From contig CAZZBK010000006.1 in NCBI GenBank assembly GCA_964652155.1, positions 24,714 to 88,713 of the forward strand: DNA of 64,000 nucleotides, given 5' to 3'. The stretch comes from an uncultured Planctomycetaceae bacterium (GTDB lineage Bacteria > Planctomycetota > Planctomycetia > Pirellulales > PNKZ01). Of this stretch, positions 60,986-64,000 are shown one piece after another. A program made the position numbers and the translations under genes. Under the pieces are notes generated by a model, which had not been told where the DNA came from, made no database searches, and saw nothing but the letters and a program-made list of their open reading frames with translations. Each line of letters starts with the position of its first letter. The first letter of the stretch is position 1.

Positions 60986-63900
60986 ATGAACCGACCGAAC
61001 CGCTTCTGGAAGAACGTCCTGCGACGCTCGACCGCTTGGCTTTTGATGGTCTCGACGGCCCTCACGGGTTGCGCCACCATGCGCCCCAAGTCGTTAATGC
61101 CCAGCTGGGTCGAGACCTCGGACAAGGTCGACGCCAAACTGGCCTACGCCCAGCTTTGCGAACGGCATGGCCAAGTCAAAGAAGCCACCTCGATCTACGA
61201 GGCGCTCGTCAAAGGTCGCAACCAGGAAGGCCGCCAATCGGCCATGCATCGGCTCGCCGTCATGGCCGCCAAACGCGGCGACTTCGAGCGCGCCGATGAG
61301 TATTTCAAAATGGCTTCGGCCGCCGGGGACATCACCGCTGAACTGCTCAATGACTTAGGCTACTGCTACTACTTGCAAGATCGTTTCGATGAAGCCATCG
61401 CTTGCTACAACGGGGCACTTGAAAAGAACCCCGACTCCAAGAGCGCGCTCAACAACCTCGGCCTGGCTTACGGCCAACAAGGCAAATTCGACAAGGCGAT
61501 GATCGCCTTTCAACGCGCGGGCAACGATGCGCATGTACACACCAATATGGCCTACGTCTTCGCGCAGCAAAATCAGCTCGATCAATCGCAAAAGCACTAT
61601 CTCAAAGCGATCTCGCTCGACAAAGACAACCGGGCCGCGGCGGAAGGACTCGTGCAAGTGGCGAGCGCGGCACGCAAGCGAAAATTTGACGGGCCCAAAA
61701 TCCGTGGCGAGGAGGAGTCGACCATGGTGGCAGCCAACACTCCTCAGCAGAGCAGGCCGGTGGTGAACCCGGCCGAGTTGGCCGAGGTCGTTGACCTGCC
61801 GCAGCGCGAGAAGTCCATCGTGGCCATCGCAAATACAGCGCCGGTCGCGAATCCGGAAGCCGTTGCCGCTCAGGCGACGACGACAACCGAGCCCCCTGAT
61901 CGCACGACGATCCAGACTCCATTGCCGGCCGTTGCGCAAAGCCCAGTTGCTCAGAGCGCGTCGGCCAAAGGGTCACGCTGGTCCGAGATGATCTTCCAGC
62001 CGAATCTCTCAGCTAAGCCGACTGTGGCTGGCCAACCGACACTGGCACCACCGAAGCCGGCGGCCGTTGTTGCCGCCGCGACACCACCTGCGGCTCCCGC
62101 CGCAGCGACCTTTGCTACCGCTCCACGACTCGAATCCCACGCGAACAAGATCGCGGATGCTGCTGTGAAACAGTCGCCTCCGTTGGCCACGGCTCTGAGC
62201 GCCATTCCGGGCACGGCTTCGATGATGGACCCCGTCGCTCCAAAGGGCACCGTTTCATCCATCGAGTCGGTCGCTTCGAACTTCTCGACCCCCAAATTGC
62301 CGGAGCATTTGCCGGCGTTGGTCGCCAAGACCCCATCGAGTGCGATGCCACATGCGACACGCAACGACCAAGCGTATGTTGCGGCGGCGAAGCCTGTTGC
62401 TCAGCCAAACCACGAGTTGCTGACGCTCAAGCCCGCTCGGCCAGCCGCAGTGTCTGAAAAACCCAACCTGGTACAACCCTCCTCGATCTGGGGCAAGAGT
62501 TTCAGCCCCTTCAAGACCGGCGAGACTGGCAACCGTTTCGCCTCGAATAAGCAACCTCCCAAGTCGGCGAGTCCGTCATCCATGGCGGCGCTCGAGGCCA
62601 AGCTGTTCGAGGTTCGGCCGATTCGTGAAGAGCATAAGCCTGAGCGAACGATGGTGGCGAGTCGCCCCTTGCAGGAGCAGACCGTGGACCGTGCCGCGGC
62701 CCTGGGAGCATCGCAACTCGATTCGGCCAAGCTGGCGCCGCTCAATCAGACGGCACGGTCCGAATCACCTGCGCCCCGTCCGTTAATGGTGTCGGCTCCG
62801 TTGAACACCAAGGGGGCCATTGTCGATAACCCCTTTGCCACGGCGATCGTGGCGCGTAACGTCGCGGCCAATGCGCCCGCCACGCTCGAATCGAACCCAT
62901 CGACCGTGGTCTCGACCGTGCCGAAAGTCGTCCTAAACGGTATTCAGCCGGAGCCGCTCATCGAATCCAAGGCCACCGCCTCGGCTGAAAAACCAGCCCC
63001 AGCCAAGGTCGCTCCCGCCATCGAACTCGATGTTGCCAAGCGACTCACCCCTGTAAATCGCTCGGCGACCGTGGCTGCGAAGCCCCGGCCCGTGATGAAC
63101 GAGCCTCAGCCAAGCGTAACGACATCACCGGCACCGATTTCGCCGACTGCGGTCGTCACCCGACCAACAACTCCGGTGACCGGTGTACAGCCACCATCGC
63201 TGGCTGTGAAGTCCACGCTGTTCGACTCGACCGCCTTGGGCAAGACCAGCGATGCGAAACCAACACCGGCGCTGACCGAGCGCTTCCCCGTGGTCGAGCG
63301 GATTCCCACGGACGTGTCGACCGCCCGCAACCCCGCGCAGCCCACGATCGTGTCGACCTCGAAGGAAGAACCGATTGCGAATCCGGCCAAGCCAAGTGTT
63401 CCTCCCTCGGCAAGCGTGACCGACCTTGGTGTGCTCCCTTCCGCGACACAAGCGCTCGCTCCCAAGAGCCCCAAGAACGCCAGCACGACACCGGTGAAAC
63501 CAGCTCCGGCCCCTCAACCGATCCGAGCGACCAAAGCAAAATCGATCGGCATGGCCGTGGTCAGCGATGCCGACTCGAAGTCGTCTCAAGCCACGGGCGT
63601 AGTCAACCAACCGATGAGTATCGCCGCGGATCGCCCTTCGCAGACAGCAGCCACACCCGCGCCATCATCGACTGCCCCGATGGCCGTTGCGACCGACGCC
63701 GCGCCATTGAATACCGCGACACCCGTCGCTCCCGCTGCTGCCAAGACTGCGCATCCCTTGCGTGCAGCGGATCAAAAGCTGCCCGGCTCGCCGAGTCCGA
63801 TCGACACGCGCACGCGTGCCACACCCGATGTCCTGCCAAAAAATATCGCCCCCATGACCGTGACGCCGCCAAGTGTGTTGCCCACGACACCGATCGCGTC

Positions 63901-64000
63901 GGCATCAACCAAAAGCAAGCAGCCCAAGTCGGCCGCGACAGCCTATGCCAGCGACCGATTCGAGCAACTTCGACCCCAAGCGACCCTGCCGGCCAATCCT
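60986..64000 (+). CDS. Large TPR lipoprotein (TadD-like N-terminus) with a long Pro/Ala/Thr/Ser-rich tail; runs off the window
   Basis: Absent from the ORF track, consistent with no stop before the window end; the start and last 400 nt were translated by hand. MNRPNRFWK...ALTGC lipobox, TPR motifs LNDLGYCYYLQ and ALNNLGLAYGQQG; alternative start at 60959. Confidence 0.85.
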   Translation, partial: MNRPNRFWKNVLRRSTAWLLMVSTALTGCATMRPKSLMPSWVETSDKVDAKLAYAQLCERHGQVKEATSIYEALVKGRNQEGRQSAMHRLAVMAAKRGDFERADEYFKMASAAGDITAELLNDLGYCYYLQDRFDEAIACYNGALEKNPDSKSALNNLGLAYGQQGKFDKAMIAFQRAGNDAHVHTNMAYVFAQQNQLDQSQKHYLKAISLDKDNRAAAEGLVQVASAARKRKFDGPKIRGEEESTMVAANTPQQSRPVVNPAELAEVVDLPQREKSIVAIANTAPVANPEAVAAQATTTTEPPDRTTIQTPLPAVAQSPVAQSASAKGSRWSEMIFQPNLSAKPTVAGQPTLAPPKPAAVVAAATPPAAPAAATFATAPRLESHANKIADAAVKQSPPLATALSAIPGTASMMDPVAPKGTVSSIESVASNFSTPKLPEHLPALVAKTPSSAMPHATRNDQAYVAAAKPVAQPNHELLTLKPARPAAVSEKPNLVQPSSIWGKSFSPFKTGETGNRFASNKQPPKSASPSSMAALEAKLFEVRPIREEHKPERTMVASRPLQEQTVDRAAALGASQLDSAKLAPLNQTARSESPAPRPLMVSAPLNTKGAIVDNPFATAIVARNVAANAPATLESNPSTVVSTVPKVVLNGIQPEPLIESKATASAEKPAPAKVAPAIELDVAKRLTPVNRSATVAAKPRPVMNEPQPSVTTSPAPISPTAVVTRPTTPVTGVQPPSLAVKSTLFDSTALGKTSDAKPTPALTERFPVVERIPTDVSTARNPAQPTIVSTSKEEPIANPAKPSVPPSASVTDLGVLPSATQALAPKSPKNASTTPVKPAPAPQPIRATKAKSIGMAVVSDADSKSSQATGVVNQPMSIAADRPSQTAATPAPSSTAPMAVATDAAPLNTATPVAPAAAKTAHPLRAADQKLPGSPSPIDTRTRATPDVLPKNIAPMTVTPPSVLPTTPIASASTKSKQPKSAATAYASDRFEQLRPQATLPANP

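Noticed and set aside
1-64000. CRISPR arrays, tRNA/rRNA, prophage, integrase, transposase or reverse transcriptase genes
   Set aside because: No regularly spaced direct repeats, structural RNA signatures or matching protein motifs were recognised by eye

Overview
High-GC bacterial DNA that is very likely from a planctomycete (Pirellulales-like), judged from the DUF1501/DUF1549/DUF1553 and DUF1552/DUF1592 families, the H4MPT-linked fhc genes and the PurS-fused PurL. All product calls come from reading motifs in the translated ORFs; no database search was run. The window holds about 40 CDSs. These include three DUF1592+DUF1552 cytochrome modules (two arranged head-to-head, one with a LamG insert and one followed by an FGE-fold gene), one DUF1553+DUF1501 module, secreted sugar redox and esterase enzymes, a subclass B3 metallo-beta-lactamase, tyrA-purL, and fhcC-fhcA-fhcD with no intact fhcB. 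It also has a RedB-like protein with a hybrid kinase, an orphan mcrC, kdsB, an octaheme HEAT/TPR cytochrome and the start of a Tad/Cpa pilus locus ending in a >1000 aa TPR lipoprotein that runs off the window. Structure not explained by the genes: five 3'-only gene stumps (sialate O-acetylesterase, putative fhcB, cheA, mcrB, FixJ-like regulator) and at least five unrelated families of REP/MITE-like inverted repeats. No rRNA, tRNA, CRISPR array or intact transposase was recognised.
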